Shown piece by piece: positions 50,624 through 60,994 of a stretch of 64,000 bases of DNA. Positions within the stretch are counted from its first letter, which is position 1. Every line of letters starts with the position of its first letter. A program made the position numbers and the translations under genes. The DNA comes from an uncultured Verrucomicrobiae bacterium. Its GTDB lineage: Bacteria > Verrucomicrobiota > Verrucomicrobiia > Limisphaerales > Palsa-1400. The stretch spans positions 192,001 through 256,000 of the forward strand of contig CAVPOM010000009.1 in assembly GCA_963707025.1 (NCBI GenBank). The letters are read 5' to 3'. Below the pieces are notes generated by a model. That model did not search any database, was not told where the DNA came from, and saw only the letters and a program-made list of their open reading frames with translations.

Positions 50624-51416
50624 GTGCGCAACTATAAAACAACCTACCCGGCGCGCGGCTGCGGCAGGCAGGCGTTCACCTTGATTGAGCTGTTGGTGGT
50701 CATCGCCGTCATCGCCATTCTCGCCGCCCTGTTGTTGCCGTCGCTGGCCAAGGCCAAGGCCCGGGCCGACCAGACGGTACTGCTTGAACAGCTTGAAACA
50801 AATCGGCCTGGCCTCCGCGCTTTATGCGAACGACAACCAGGACCGCATCGCCTGGTTGAATGCTTACGGCGAGGCCTGGGCCGACAGCTTCCGCGGCAAC
50901 CCGTTGTTTAACCCGGCTGAGGTCTTTATGGAGAACGCTTTCCTGCCCTATGCGGGCACCAATAAGAGCAGCAGCACCGGCACCCCGCCGTCGGCGTGGC
51001 AACGCCCCGTGGCCGGCCTTTACACCTGCCCGGCCGCCATCCAGGAGGTGTTTCCCGCTGCCGCCGATCCGGGTGACGCTGGTTATGCCGATGATTACTA
51101 TTACGCCAACGACGGGGTTACTTACGTTTTTATGGCAACCTACTCTTATTATAACAACACCGCGGAAAACAATGTGACCCATCCGGTAACCAATCGCAAA
51201 AGCACGGATGTCTATATTCCATCCCTGGCGGTGCTGGTTTGGGAGATCCCCTACCACAGCGCGGCTTGCATGCCACACAACCTGGGCATGAACGTGCTGC
51301 ATGCGGATAACTCCGCCGGGCGCATCAAGGGTGATCCGAGGCAAACGGATTGGTACTTTTCCAACAGCTATATAGGATGGGATCCCCCTGGGACCAAGAA
51401 TGACAATCCGCTTTAG
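50624..51416 (+). pseudogene. Prepilin-type N-terminal cleavage / DUF1559 protein, frameshifted
   Basis: AFTLIELLVVIAVIAILAALLLPSLAKAK; extra G at 50776-50777 shifts from ADQT to YCLNSLKQIG; C-terminal HNLGMNVLHADN. Confidence 0.8.
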
Positions 51417-51546
51417 TTCTCCCGGTCCAGCCTGCGATCCGGGCCAGGCGCGGTTCCATCTCTCGCGTTGCTGTTCCGCCCCGCCGTTGCGGCAAAAATC
51501 AGTTGTCGTCAATGGAGGAGGGATCGGGTATGTCTTTGGTTGAGAT

Positions 51547-52770
51547 ATGACATTGCGATGGTTATTTTCGGCCCAGGTGCGGCAAACGACCGAGTTGTGC
51601 GGGCATGTGCGCCGGTTGTGCGCCGCCCAGCGCGACGTGCTGGCGCCGCCGGCTCTCCAGGCGATGGACGCCGCGTTGCAGAACACCAAGGCGGCCTTGC
51701 AAGCCAATGCGGACAAGGAGACGCTGGCCAAAAGCGCGGCCGAGCTGGAAAAGACAGCCAACAAATGGCTCCGGCCTTATCCCCACGCCGAATGGCGCGA
51801 AAATGTCGAGGTTTTTCTGGTCGCCATTGTTGTGGCCATGGGCATCCGCACTTTCTTTCTGCAACCGTTCAAAATCCCGACCAGTTCGATGCAGCCGACG
51901 TTGTTCGGGGTGACGGTTGACCCGCTCTACGAGGCGGGCTATCCAATGCCGGGGCTGTGGGCGCGGATTTACCGGCTGGCGGTGCAGGGGGCCATTTACC
52001 ACGAGGTCATCGCGCCGCAGGACGGGGAGGTGATCAACGCCGGCCCGCCGGAACATTTTCTGCGCTTTTTCAACAAGCAAACCGTCTTCGTGCGCTACCA
52101 AGGCGGCGCGGAGGATTCGTTCACCCTGTGGTTCACGCCCGACCAAGGCCCAACCGACCGTCCCTTCGAGGAGCGCATTGGATTGGCCAATCACCTGCAG
52201 TTCCACAAAGGGGAACCGATCATCCGTTTTGCCGAAACAACGGGCGACCATTTGTTCGTGGACCGGCTGACTTATAATTTTCGCCGGCCCGAACGCGGGG
52301 AAATCATCGTGTTCAAAACCAAGGGGATTATTCACCCTCAGATGGATCAGAGCCAGTTCTACATCAAGCGGCTGGTCGGTTTGCCCGGTGAATCGGTCGG
52401 CATCGGCAAAGATCGTCATGCCATCATCAATGGCCGGCGTCTGGACAGCACAACGCCCCACTTTGCCAACGTCTATTCATTTGATCCGAAAATTCCGGCG
52501 CGCGACAGCCACCTGCTGAAGGACCAGTTTTACAACGGCCATATTCTGCTGCCGCCGGAGCGGGACGGCTATCTGCATACGGAGGCGGAGAGAATGGTGG
52601 TGCCGGACAAGCATTACCTGGTGTTTGGCGACAACACCGCCACCAGTTTTGATGCGCGTTACTGGGGAACCGTGCCGCAGGAAAATATAATTGGCAGATC
52701 GTTCTTCATTTATTGGCCGATCAGCAGCCTGGCCCCCGCGCCCAGCCGGTTTGGCTGGGGCCAGCGATAA
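51547..52770 (+). CDS. lepB: Signal peptidase I
   Basis: QPFKIPTSSMQPTL (Ser), YIKRLVG (Lys), GDN...S.DARYWG. Confidence 0.92.
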   Translation: MTLRWLFSAQVRQTTELCGHVRRLCAAQRDVLAPPALQAMDAALQNTKAALQANADKETLAKSAAELEKTANKWLRPYPHAEWRENVEVFLVAIVVAMGIRTFFLQPFKIPTSSMQPTLFGVTVDPLYEAGYPMPGLWARIYRLAVQGAIYHEVIAPQDGEVINAGPPEHFLRFFNKQTVFVRYQGGAEDSFTLWFTPDQGPTDRPFEERIGLANHLQFHKGEPIIRFAETTGDHLFVDRLTYNFRRPERGEIIVFKTKGIIHPQMDQSQFYIKRLVGLPGESVGIGKDRHAIINGRRLDSTTPHFANVYSFDPKIPARDSHLLKDQFYNGHILLPPERDGYLHTEAERMVVPDKHYLVFGDNTATSFDARYWGTVPQENIIGRSFFIYWPISSLAPAPSRFGWGQR

Positions 52771-52838
52771 GGCCGCATTTTACAGTTGAGTTTTGCGGCT
52801 CTGTCCATAACTCTTAGACCAACTCAACAAGGCATCTT

Positions 52839-54818
52839 GTGCAAACGGATCTTCAAACACCGGAACCGATCCGGGACGTTGCCGCGGCGCCGCCGCCGCT
52901 GCCCGCCGCCGCGCCGCGGAGCTGGCTGGAAGGCGGGCTGGCGCTGTTGACCCCGGCGGGCCGCGTCCTGGAGATCAACGAGCCTTTCTGCAGTTGGCTG
53001 GAGAAACCGCCGGGAGATCTCATCGGCCAGTCGCTGTGGGAAACCCTGGCCCCGCTGGCCACCGAGTGGAGCCAGGCCCTGGAACGGATGGGCCGGCGGG
53101 ACAGCCCCTTCGACCGCTTGGAACTTAAAATGGGCAGCAGCGCAGGCCATCCGGCCCAATGGTTCCTGCTCGAAATCGTGCGGGGCCCGGAATCGTGGTT
53201 TGTCCGCCTGAACTCGGCGCTGCCGTCGCTGACCGAACTGGAGGAAGCGGCCTGGGACGAACATCTGCACAATAATGCCGCGCGCCGGGAGATGTTCATG
53301 CGGCTGCTCCGCGCCGAAGCCCGCCTGGAAGGCATGACCCGCCGCTGGCCTTGCGTGATCTTCAGCCAGCGGCCCGATTTCGGCGTGCCCTTTGCCAGCC
53401 CGAACATCGAGGAACTGACGGGCATCTCGCCGGAGGCCTGGACGGTCCGGCCGCAGCTTTTCTGGCAGTTGGTGCATGAGGCCGATGCGGTGGAATTGCA
53501 GCAGCAATGCAAACGGGCCTTCCAAACCGGCCAGGCGGTCACCACCACCTATCGCATCCGCCACGCGCTGACCGGCCGGGTGGCCTACATTCTGGAAGGG
53601 CGCCAGCCGGCCATCAGCCGCAACGGCTTGTTGCTGGGCTTTGAAGTGGTCTGGCTGGATGTGACCCGGCAGACCATCGCGGAAAGACGGCTCTCGGCGG
53701 CGGCCTGGAAGGAAACGCTGGCGGTGCTGACCCTGGGGATGGCGCATGACTTCACCAACATCATCGCCGGCATCCATTCCTTGAGCGAACAATTCCTGGA
53801 ACAGACCACGGCGGACCATCCCTTCCACGAAGGTCTGGCGCTGATCAAGAAGAACTCCCTGCAAGCCAGCCAATTGGTGCAGCGCATGGTCAATCTGCAC
53901 CTGGGCCAAACCGGGGAGCGCAATTATCACAACCTCAACGACATCACAACCGACTTGGTGGAATTGATCCGCAAGACCCTGCCGCGACGCATCCAAGTGG
54001 ATGTGGACCTGGCGCCGGTGGACCTGCCCGTCCATCTGGATGTGGTGGAATTTCGCCAGGTGGTCATCAATTTGCTGTTGAACGCCGCCGATGCCATGCC
54101 GCAAGGCGGACTGCTGACTCTGTCCACCTCCCACCACCAAAGCCTGCCGGAGTTGGAGAACCTCAAAGGAGTGGCGCCGCGGCTGCCGTGCGTTTGCCTG
54201 ACCATCGAAGACACCGGCTGCGGCATCAAGCAGCGGCATCTGGCCTCGATTTTCGATCCGTTTTTCACCACCAAGGCCAAGGGCTCGGGCCTGGGCCTTT
54301 ACAACGCCCGCCTGGCGGTGGAAAAACAGCAGGGCGCCATCTCGGTTCAATCCGCCGAAGGGGTCGGCACCACCTTCAAAATCTGGCTGCCGGAGGCCGA
54401 CTTGTCCGAGCCTGCGCCCGAAGCGGCCCCCCTGCCGGGCCACACCCACCGCAGCCTGCTGCTCCTGGGGCAGAACGGAGAAATGCTGGACAAGACGGCC
54501 GAACTGCTGCGTTCCCACAATTTCCACATCGTGGCGGCCGAAGCCTCCGAGGGCCTGCGCGATTTGCTCCAATCCAGCGATTACCAATTTGCGGGCGTGC
54601 TCCTCCTGGCCGAGCCGAACGATCCGGGCCTGCGTCCCCTCCTGGACCAAGTGCGCCAGCAAAGCCGCAACATCAAAGTGGCCCTCAAACTGGCCGGCTG
54701 CAACCAGGACGACCTGGAAACGCAGTTTCTGAGCAAAATAGACCTGGTGCTGGCCTCGGATTTGGCGGAGGCCGATTTTGTGGCCCGCATCATCTCCTTC
54801 TTCGATCAGCGCCCCTGA
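52839..54818 (+). CDS. PAS-domain histidine kinase with degenerate C-terminal receiver
   Basis: LGMAHDFTNII, QVVINLLLNAADAM, DTGCGI, FDPFFTTK, GSGLGL. Confidence 0.9.
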   Translation: MQTDLQTPEPIRDVAAAPPPLPAAAPRSWLEGGLALLTPAGRVLEINEPFCSWLEKPPGDLIGQSLWETLAPLATEWSQALERMGRRDSPFDRLELKMGSSAGHPAQWFLLEIVRGPESWFVRLNSALPSLTELEEAAWDEHLHNNAARREMFMRLLRAEARLEGMTRRWPCVIFSQRPDFGVPFASPNIEELTGISPEAWTVRPQLFWQLVHEADAVELQQQCKRAFQTGQAVTTTYRIRHALTGRVAYILEGRQPAISRNGLLLGFEVVWLDVTRQTIAERRLSAAAWKETLAVLTLGMAHDFTNIIAGIHSLSEQFLEQTTADHPFHEGLALIKKNSLQASQLVQRMVNLHLGQTGERNYHNLNDITTDLVELIRKTLPRRIQVDVDLAPVDLPVHLDVVEFRQVVINLLLNAADAMPQGGLLTLSTSHHQSLPELENLKGVAPRLPCVCLTIEDTGCGIKQRHLASIFDPFFTTKAKGSGLGLYNARLAVEKQQGAISVQSAEGVGTTFKIWLPEADLSEPAPEAAPLPGHTHRSLLLLGQNGEMLDKTAELLRSHNFHIVAAEASEGLRDLLQSSDYQFAGVLLLAEPNDPGLRPLLDQVRQQSRNIKVALKLAGCNQDDLETQFLSKIDLVLASDLAEADFVARIISFFDQRP

Positions 54819-54827
54819 GAGGTGACT

Positions 54828-56108
54828 ATGCCGCAGGACACCCCGACCGCCAACGAAGCCGCCCGCCCGATCCTCATCGTGGACGACGAAGAAATCGTCC
54901 TGGTGGCCTTGCGCGACACGCTGGCCTGCGAGGGTTATCATGTCGTGGCCTCGCCTCATGCCATCCACGCCTTGACCGTTCTGAAGGACCAGCAGTTTTC
55001 CGTCGTCATCAGCGACCAGCAAATGCCGTTGATTTCCGGGTTGGAGTTTCTCACCCAGGTCCGGGAAATCCAGCCCAACGCCACCCGCATCCTCATCACC
55101 GCCGTGCTCAGCCTGAGCACGGTCATTGACGCCATCAACAAGGGCGAAATCTACCGCTTTGTCGTCAAACCGTGGCTGCGCGAAGAATTGCTGGCCACGG
55201 TCAAGACGGCGGTGCAGCGCTACGAATTGATTTCCAACAACGCCCGCCTGCAGGCCAGCACCCAGGCCATGAACGAGCGGCTGACCGAACTGAACAAGGA
55301 ATTGGAACGGCAGGTGGCCCAAGTGGCCCGGCAGAACAAGCAGTTGCAGCAAGTCTTGGCCGAGCAGGACGAGAACCTGCGCCAGTCGGTGGAACTTTGC
55401 GTGCAAACCATGCAAACCTTTTATCCCACCCTCGGCAACTGCGCCCGCCGGGTGCAGGCGCTGTGCCGTGCCATGGGCCAATGCGCGGAACTGACCGCGG
55501 CCCAGCAGCAAATCCTGGAAATCAGCGCCGCCATCCACGACATCGGGCTGATCGGCCTGCCCCGCCACCTGATCAAGCGCTGGGAAGAAACTCCGCAAAG
55601 CCTCAATGAAGCCGAGCGCGCCCTGGTGCAGCATCATCCCGTGCTGGGCCAGGAACTGGCCGGGTTTGTCCATCGTCTGCAAAGCGTGGGTTCGATCATC
55701 CGTTCCCATCACGAGCTTTTCGACGGCAGCGGTTATCCGGACGGCTTGAAAGGCGCGGCCATCCCGTGGCTCTCGCGCATCCTGGCGGTGGCGGTGGCCT
55801 TCGCCGAGAGCCAGCCCGGCTCCAAGGAGGCCGCCGAACTCATCAGCCAGGGCAGCGGTTCGGCCTTTGATCCCGAGGCCGTGCGCCTCTTTCAACGGGC
55901 CGCCCCCAAGGCGGTGGTGCCGGGGAAACAGCGCGAAGTCATGCTCTCGGAACTGGCCCCCGGCATGGTCCTGGCGCAGGGCATCTACAGCGAAAACGGC
56001 GTGCTCCTCATGCCCGACGGCCAGCGTCTGACCAGCACCTACATTGACAAGCTGCTCAACTACAACCGGATCAACCCTATCTCCCAATCCCTGCTGGTGT
56101 ATTGTTGA
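54828..56108 (+). CDS. Receiver + HD-GYP protein (degenerate metal site)
   Basis: ILIVDDE, ISDQQMP; HDIGL, HHELFDGSGYPDGLKG; GNCARRV and AVAVAF. Confidence 0.88.
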   Translation: MPQDTPTANEAARPILIVDDEEIVLVALRDTLACEGYHVVASPHAIHALTVLKDQQFSVVISDQQMPLISGLEFLTQVREIQPNATRILITAVLSLSTVIDAINKGEIYRFVVKPWLREELLATVKTAVQRYELISNNARLQASTQAMNERLTELNKELERQVAQVARQNKQLQQVLAEQDENLRQSVELCVQTMQTFYPTLGNCARRVQALCRAMGQCAELTAAQQQILEISAAIHDIGLIGLPRHLIKRWEETPQSLNEAERALVQHHPVLGQELAGFVHRLQSVGSIIRSHHELFDGSGYPDGLKGAAIPWLSRILAVAVAFAESQPGSKEAAELISQGSGSAFDPEAVRLFQRAAPKAVVPGKQREVMLSELAPGMVLAQGIYSENGVLLMPDGQRLTSTYIDKLLNYNRINPISQSLLVYC

Positions 56109-56121
56109 CACTCCAATTTTC

Positions 56122-56148
56122 TTCTTAATCTTAATCTTAATCCTGATC
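56122..56148. repeat. (TTAATC)n hexamer repeat, continued at 57600-57614 beyond the IS
   Basis: ttcttaatcttaatcttaatcctgatc | atcctgatcttaatc. Confidence 0.7.
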
Positions 56149-57599
56149 CACAGCCATCCCACAGGAAATTGGAAAAAAGTGTTGGCTTGACCATTTGAAC
56201 CTGCCACAAGGCAGGCATGAAAAACAAAAAAATCAAACCAACACGGTCCCGGTTTAACGTTTTGCGCCAGATTTGCAATCTCATTCCTGCGCATGAAGTC
56301 TCCAAAATAGCGCGGGAGACCGGGGCTCTGGATAAGTCGCGCACCTTCAGTCCGTGGAGTCACACGGTCAGTTTGCTGGACGCGCAACTCACCCATTGCA
56401 TCGGACTCAACGATCTGTGCGACTCGCTGCAATTGCATTCCGGGCCGCTGTCCACTTTGCGCGGCGCCAGCGCCCCCAGCCGCAACGGCCTCTCCCACGC
56501 CAACCGGGAGCGTCCGGCCCAGATGGCCGAACAACTCTTCTGGCGGGTCCTGGAGCATTTGAAAGCACAGACGCCCGGCTTTGCCGCGGGCCAGCGCCGT
56601 GGCCCCGCCTTCCGTTTCAAGATGCCCATCCATGTGATTGATAGCACGACCATGGAACTGGTGGCCAACTGCCTGGACTGGGCCAAGCACCGCCGGCGCA
56701 AGGCCGCCGCCAAAACCCATATGCGGTTGAATCTGCAGAATCTTTTGCCCGGTTTTGTCATTGTGGACACTGCCGCCGAGCACGACAACCGACGGGCGCG
56801 GGAACTGTGCGCCGACTTGAAGAGCGGCGAAATCGCCTTGTTCGACAAGGGTTATGTGGACTTCGGCCACTTGCGGGATTTGGACGGGCGCGGGGTCTTT
56901 TGGGTGACGCGGGCCAAGGAGAACATGGGCTATGAGGTGGTGCGGAAAATGCCCGCCTCCAGAGACCCGAAGATTTTGCGCGACGAAGTGATCGTCCTGA
57001 GCAACGAGAACAAACCCGCGCCGGAGTTGATGCGCCGGGTGGTGGCGCTGGTCGAGATTGATGGAGAGGAACGGGAAATGACCTTCCTGACCAACAACCT
57101 GGAGTGGAGTCCGCGCAGCGTGGCCGACCTTTACCGCTGCCGCTGGCAGATCGAAGTCTTCTTCAAACAAATCAAGCAGACCTTGCAGTTGGCGGATTTT
57201 CTGGGCCACAACGCCAACGCCGTGCGCTGGCAGGTGTGGACGGCGCTGTTAACCTACGTGCTGTTGCGCTACCTCAGTCACCTCTCCAACTGGGCGCACA
57301 GCTTCACCCGGCTGTTCACGATTTTGCGGGCGGCGCTCTGGGAGAAATATGATCTGCTCAATTTGCTGGCGTGCTATGGGACAGCAGGCGGCAGCTTTCG
57401 CCACTTGGCGCGGCCCGAGCAGGCGTATTTCCCCGGCTTCCAATAAAGCTATGGGACAGCACACGCGCCCAAACAGGCGCATACCAAACCCAAAAGCCAA
57501 ACTCGGAAAAATCAAAATCTCATTTTACCCCGAAGACCAATTAAACCCTTGCAAATGAACAGGTCAGCACCAGACTTTTCCCCTTATGAGACGGGTGTG
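56149..57599 (+). mobile_element. IS4-family insertion sequence, 1451 bp, 9-bp target duplication
   Basis: Imperfect IRs CACAGCCATCCCACA / TATGAGACGGGTGTG; ATCCTGATC at 56140-56148 and 57600-57608. Confidence 0.85.
56217..57446 (+). CDS. IS4-family DDE transposase
   Basis: VIDST, LFDKGY, YRCRWQIEVFFKQIK (YREK motif). Confidence 0.93.
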   Translation: MKNKKIKPTRSRFNVLRQICNLIPAHEVSKIARETGALDKSRTFSPWSHTVSLLDAQLTHCIGLNDLCDSLQLHSGPLSTLRGASAPSRNGLSHANRERPAQMAEQLFWRVLEHLKAQTPGFAAGQRRGPAFRFKMPIHVIDSTTMELVANCLDWAKHRRRKAAAKTHMRLNLQNLLPGFVIVDTAAEHDNRRARELCADLKSGEIALFDKGYVDFGHLRDLDGRGVFWVTRAKENMGYEVVRKMPASRDPKILRDEVIVLSNENKPAPELMRRVVALVEIDGEEREMTFLTNNLEWSPRSVADLYRCRWQIEVFFKQIKQTLQLADFLGHNANAVRWQVWTALLTYVLLRYLSHLSNWAHSFTRLFTILRAALWEKYDLLNLLACYGTAGGSFRHLARPEQAYFPGFQ

Positions 57600-57671
57600 A
57601 TCCTGATCTTAATCTCCCTCCTTGGTACAAGGGGTCGGCAGGAACAGAACCAACCCCTCATCCCGACGCGA

Positions 57672-59060
57672 ATGACTCCTGGCTCCTCCATCCGGCGGCT
57701 CCTCTGGCGGGCGTGCTGGCTCATGGCTGCGGCGAGCGCAGCGCCGGGCGCGCGCGCGGCCGGGACAACCGCCCTCAGCGCCAGTGATTTTCTCAATTCC
57801 ATCGGCGTGTGTGTGCATGTGCAGCATGGCCAGGATGCCGCGAAATTAGTGGCGCCTCTGCGGTACCTTGGGGTCCGCAACGTCCGCGATGGGGCGGACC
57901 GGAATTACGACATGTCCGGCTTAATCACACTCCATCAGCAAGCCGGTGTGCTCGTCGCTTTCGGTCCCGGCAGCGGGGCCTCCGACCGGTTCATCAACCG
58001 GCGCGGCGGGGTGACCAATAACGCCCTGACGGCCACCCTCACGGCAGCCCGGCAGTTGGCGGAAGTCGGCGCGCTGCTGGCCGTGGAAGGCCCCAACGAG
58101 CCGAACAATTTTGGCGGAGTCACCTATCAAGGCCAGAAATCGGGCGTCACCAACGGCACCTGGCTGCCCGTCGCGAAATTTCAAAGGGATTTGTACAGCG
58201 CCGTCAAGAACGACGCCGCGCTGCGCAAGTATCCTGTCTTTGGCGCGAGCGAAATGGGGGCCGAGATTGACGACGTTGGACTGCAATACTTGACCATCCC
58301 GAGCGGGGCCAACTGCCTGATGCCCGACGGCACGCGATATGCCGACTACGCCAACGTTCATAACTATGTTTGCGGCCACTGGAAAGGCCTGGTGGACAAT
58401 CAGCCCTATAAAGCCGCCACCCACACGAATGTCCCTGGAATTGACGGACTCTTTGGCAATCATGGCAACACCTGGAGAAAGCATTTCCCCGGCTATCCGG
58501 AAAGCCGGCTTGCCACGCTGCCGAAGGTGACGACGGAAACGGGCTGGTGGACTGACAATACGGTTGGCGGGGACGAGATCCAGGGCAAGGTCTTCTTGAA
58601 CGTCTTTCTGGATCAATACAAGGCGGGCTGGAAACACACCTTCATCTATGAGATGATGGACGATCCGGATGGCGCCTGTGGCTTTTACAAGAGCGACTAT
58701 GCGACGGCGCGAAAATCGGCCGATTACCTCCACAATCTGACCACGATTTTGGCTGACCCCGGCTCCCTGCCAGCGCCGGGACAACTCAATTACTCGATGC
58801 CGGGCCAGCCGGCCACCGTGCATGATATGCTCCTGCAGAAGAGCAATGGCGCCTTTGAACTGGCCGTCTGGGGCGAACAGGTCAAAGGCACAAACCGTGT
58901 CACGGTCAATCTGGGGGGCGCTCGCGCCTGGGTGAAAATCTACGACCCGACCATGGGCGCCTCACCGGCCCGGACCTTGAGCAACACCGGTTCGGTCCCG
59001 TTGACCTTGAGCGACCATGCCTTGATCATCGAGGTGCCAGGCGATGATTCCGCCCGCTAA
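57672..59060 (+). CDS. Secreted clan GH-A-like glycoside hydrolase
   Basis: Signal peptide ...ARA; FLNSIGVCVH, EGPNEPN (acid/base), TETGW (nucleophile). Confidence 0.75.
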   Translation: MTPGSSIRRLLWRACWLMAAASAAPGARAAGTTALSASDFLNSIGVCVHVQHGQDAAKLVAPLRYLGVRNVRDGADRNYDMSGLITLHQQAGVLVAFGPGSGASDRFINRRGGVTNNALTATLTAARQLAEVGALLAVEGPNEPNNFGGVTYQGQKSGVTNGTWLPVAKFQRDLYSAVKNDAALRKYPVFGASEMGAEIDDVGLQYLTIPSGANCLMPDGTRYADYANVHNYVCGHWKGLVDNQPYKAATHTNVPGIDGLFGNHGNTWRKHFPGYPESRLATLPKVTTETGWWTDNTVGGDEIQGKVFLNVFLDQYKAGWKHTFIYEMMDDPDGACGFYKSDYATARKSADYLHNLTTILADPGSLPAPGQLNYSMPGQPATVHDMLLQKSNGAFELAVWGEQVKGTNRVTVNLGGARAWVKIYDPTMGASPARTLSNTGSVPLTLSDHALIIEVPGDDSAR

Positions 59061-59199
59061 AGTGGATTAAAAAATGATGTGGCCAAAATGAATCTTCTTC
59101 TCCTCCAGGAGCGGGTGAAACATCCGCCGTCCTGGTGAAAGGCCGGCGCCGGGATTTGCCGGAGGCGCATGCGCCCAACCCGGGGGCGCGATGTCCATT

Positions 59200-59232
59200 C
59201 CTTCTCCCAGGGGGAGAAGGGCAGGATGAGGG
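59200..59232 (-). repeat. REP-like hairpin (CCCTCA...TCTCCC-GGGAGA type)
   Basis: Minus strand CCCTCATCCTGCCCTTCTCCCCCTGGGAGAAGG. Confidence 0.55.
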
Positions 59233-59404
59233 CGAGCCACGAAGAATTTTGTCCTGCGCCCCGGCGCCAGGTCGTATACGGTTGGATTGCATCTGGCCCT
59301 CCCTGATGGGCTAATTTGGATTTTTAGCACAACCCTCAGAGGCCAACTTTCGTCCCTATCGGTTCAAAAGCGAGGCAAATTCCCCAAATAAAGCAGACCA
59401 GGGC

Positions 59405-60412
59405 TAGAGCGTTTCCATAAATGATATAGCTTGACTGGGGCGAGAGGGCTGGCAGGCTTGAGCCATGCGAGCGATACCCGTGTCTGCGCGCGAGCGCATC
59501 CTGCAACTCTATGAACAAGGCAAAAGCACCCGCGAGATCGCGGACTTTTTCGGCTTTTGCGTGGCGGCGGTGCGCCGGGTCCGGCAGCAGTTCCAAGAGC
59601 GCGGCACGCTCCAGCCGCAAACCCATTTGTGCGGGCGCAAAACGCTGCTGAACGCCGGACGCCAGGCTCGCCTGCAAAAGCTGGTGGCGGCCCAGCCCGA
59701 CGCGACGTTGGCCGAGTTGGGGGCGCGTCTGGACCGCCCTTTCGGGACCTCCACTGTGGATTTGTGGCTGCGCAAACTGGGGTTGAGCTATAAAAAAAAC
59801 GCTCTGCGCCGCCGAGCAGAACCGTCCGGACGTGGCCGAAAAGCGGGCCCATTGGCATGAGCGTCTGGCAAGTGACCCACCTGCCCGACTGGTCTTCGTG
59901 GATGAAAGCGGGGCCAACACCAAGATGACCCGTTTTTGCGGGCGGTCACCCGTGGGCCGAAGACTGGCGGCCCACGTCCCGCAGGGACATTATCAGACCA
60001 CCACCCTGGTCTGCGCCATTCGTCTGGCCGGGCCTGCGGCCCCCTGCCTCTTTGAGGGGGCCATGGACGGGGAAATGTTTTTGGCCTGGATCCAGCAGGG
60101 GCTGGTGGTGGAGTTGCGCAAGGGTGACTTGGTCATCATGGACAACTTGGCCACGCATAAGGTGACCGGAGTCCGCCAAGCCATCGAAGAGGCCGGGGCA
60201 ACGCTGCTGTATCTGCCGCCCTATTCGCCAGACTTTAATCCCATCGAAAATATGTGGAGCAAGGTCAAACAAATTATGCGAGGTCTCGCGCCGCGAACCG
60301 CCAAGGAACTGCTCCAAGCGGCGAAGATTGCCTTTGAAGCCATCTCCACCGCCGATTGCCGGGGCTTCTTTTTAAACGCCCGCTACGCTACATGATTTAT
60401 GGAAATGCTCTA
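59405..60412 (+). mobile_element. IS630-family insertion sequence with TA duplication
   Basis: TAGAGCGTTTCCATAAATGATATAGC vs reverse complement of right end TAGAGCATTTCCATAAATCATGTAGC (23/26). Confidence 0.92.
59465..60395 (+). CDS. IS630 transposase in two ORFs joined at A8 (59792-59799)
   Basis: HTH ORF ...QPDATLAEL...LGLSYKK then +1 frame TLCAAEQNRPDV, FVDESG, MDNLATHK, YLPPYSPDFNPIE. Confidence 0.9.
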
Positions 60413-60994
60413 AGCATTCCAGAACGCAGACGGCCAAAATCCAATGGATCAAAAACGAAGCCGATATTTTACGAATGAACAACCCCACAATGGCCAGTGC
60501 GGCAAATGTCGTGAAAATATAAAACCACACAGGCATTGCCAGCGAGAAAAGCGTGATGCTTGGCAATGCGCGCCCTCCGGTAAGGGTTTGAGAAAAGAGT
60601 TCTCGCAACCATTCCGCAGCTTGGCTAAGCGCGGACGGCAAAAAACAGTTTCCGAACATCAACGCTATGCAATACGGGACCAGGTGAATCTTTTTCATTT
60701 CTTCCCCCTCGCTCCCGCCGCAATTGTGTCCGGGCTGGCAATCACCCGGAAACCATATCCCAGGGCGGTTTGGCTTGCAAGGCGGCGCCACATATCCCGC
60801 TTTATTTACTTGATGCGGAGGCGGCAGATGAGTCATTCTTTTTTACAGCATTTGTTTCCAACGGGCATGAAAACGCAGCGCGCCAAGAACGTTCGCCGGG
60901 GCCGCCCAAAGGCCCGGCGCCGGACTTTACCCCGAAGGAAGAGGCTCCGGCCAGGGCGGCCGCGCCGCCCGCCGCGGAGCCGGAGGCCCGGTTC

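Larger units (their letters stand above)
59336..60698 (-). pseudogene. Small membrane protein gene split by IS630
   Basis: MKKIHLVPYC...AVCVLECL | ALVCFIWGICLAFEPIGTKVGL*; removing the IS and one TA restores a 118-aa frame. Confidence 0.8.

Noticed and set aside
52824..57209. 1461-aa minus-strand ORF
   Set aside because: Antisense shadow of kinase, HD-GYP and transposase; crosses an IS boundary; no motifs
57549..57671. N-terminal extension of the glycoside hydrolase
   Set aside because: Reads through the IS end and hexamer repeat; signal peptide begins at ATG 57672
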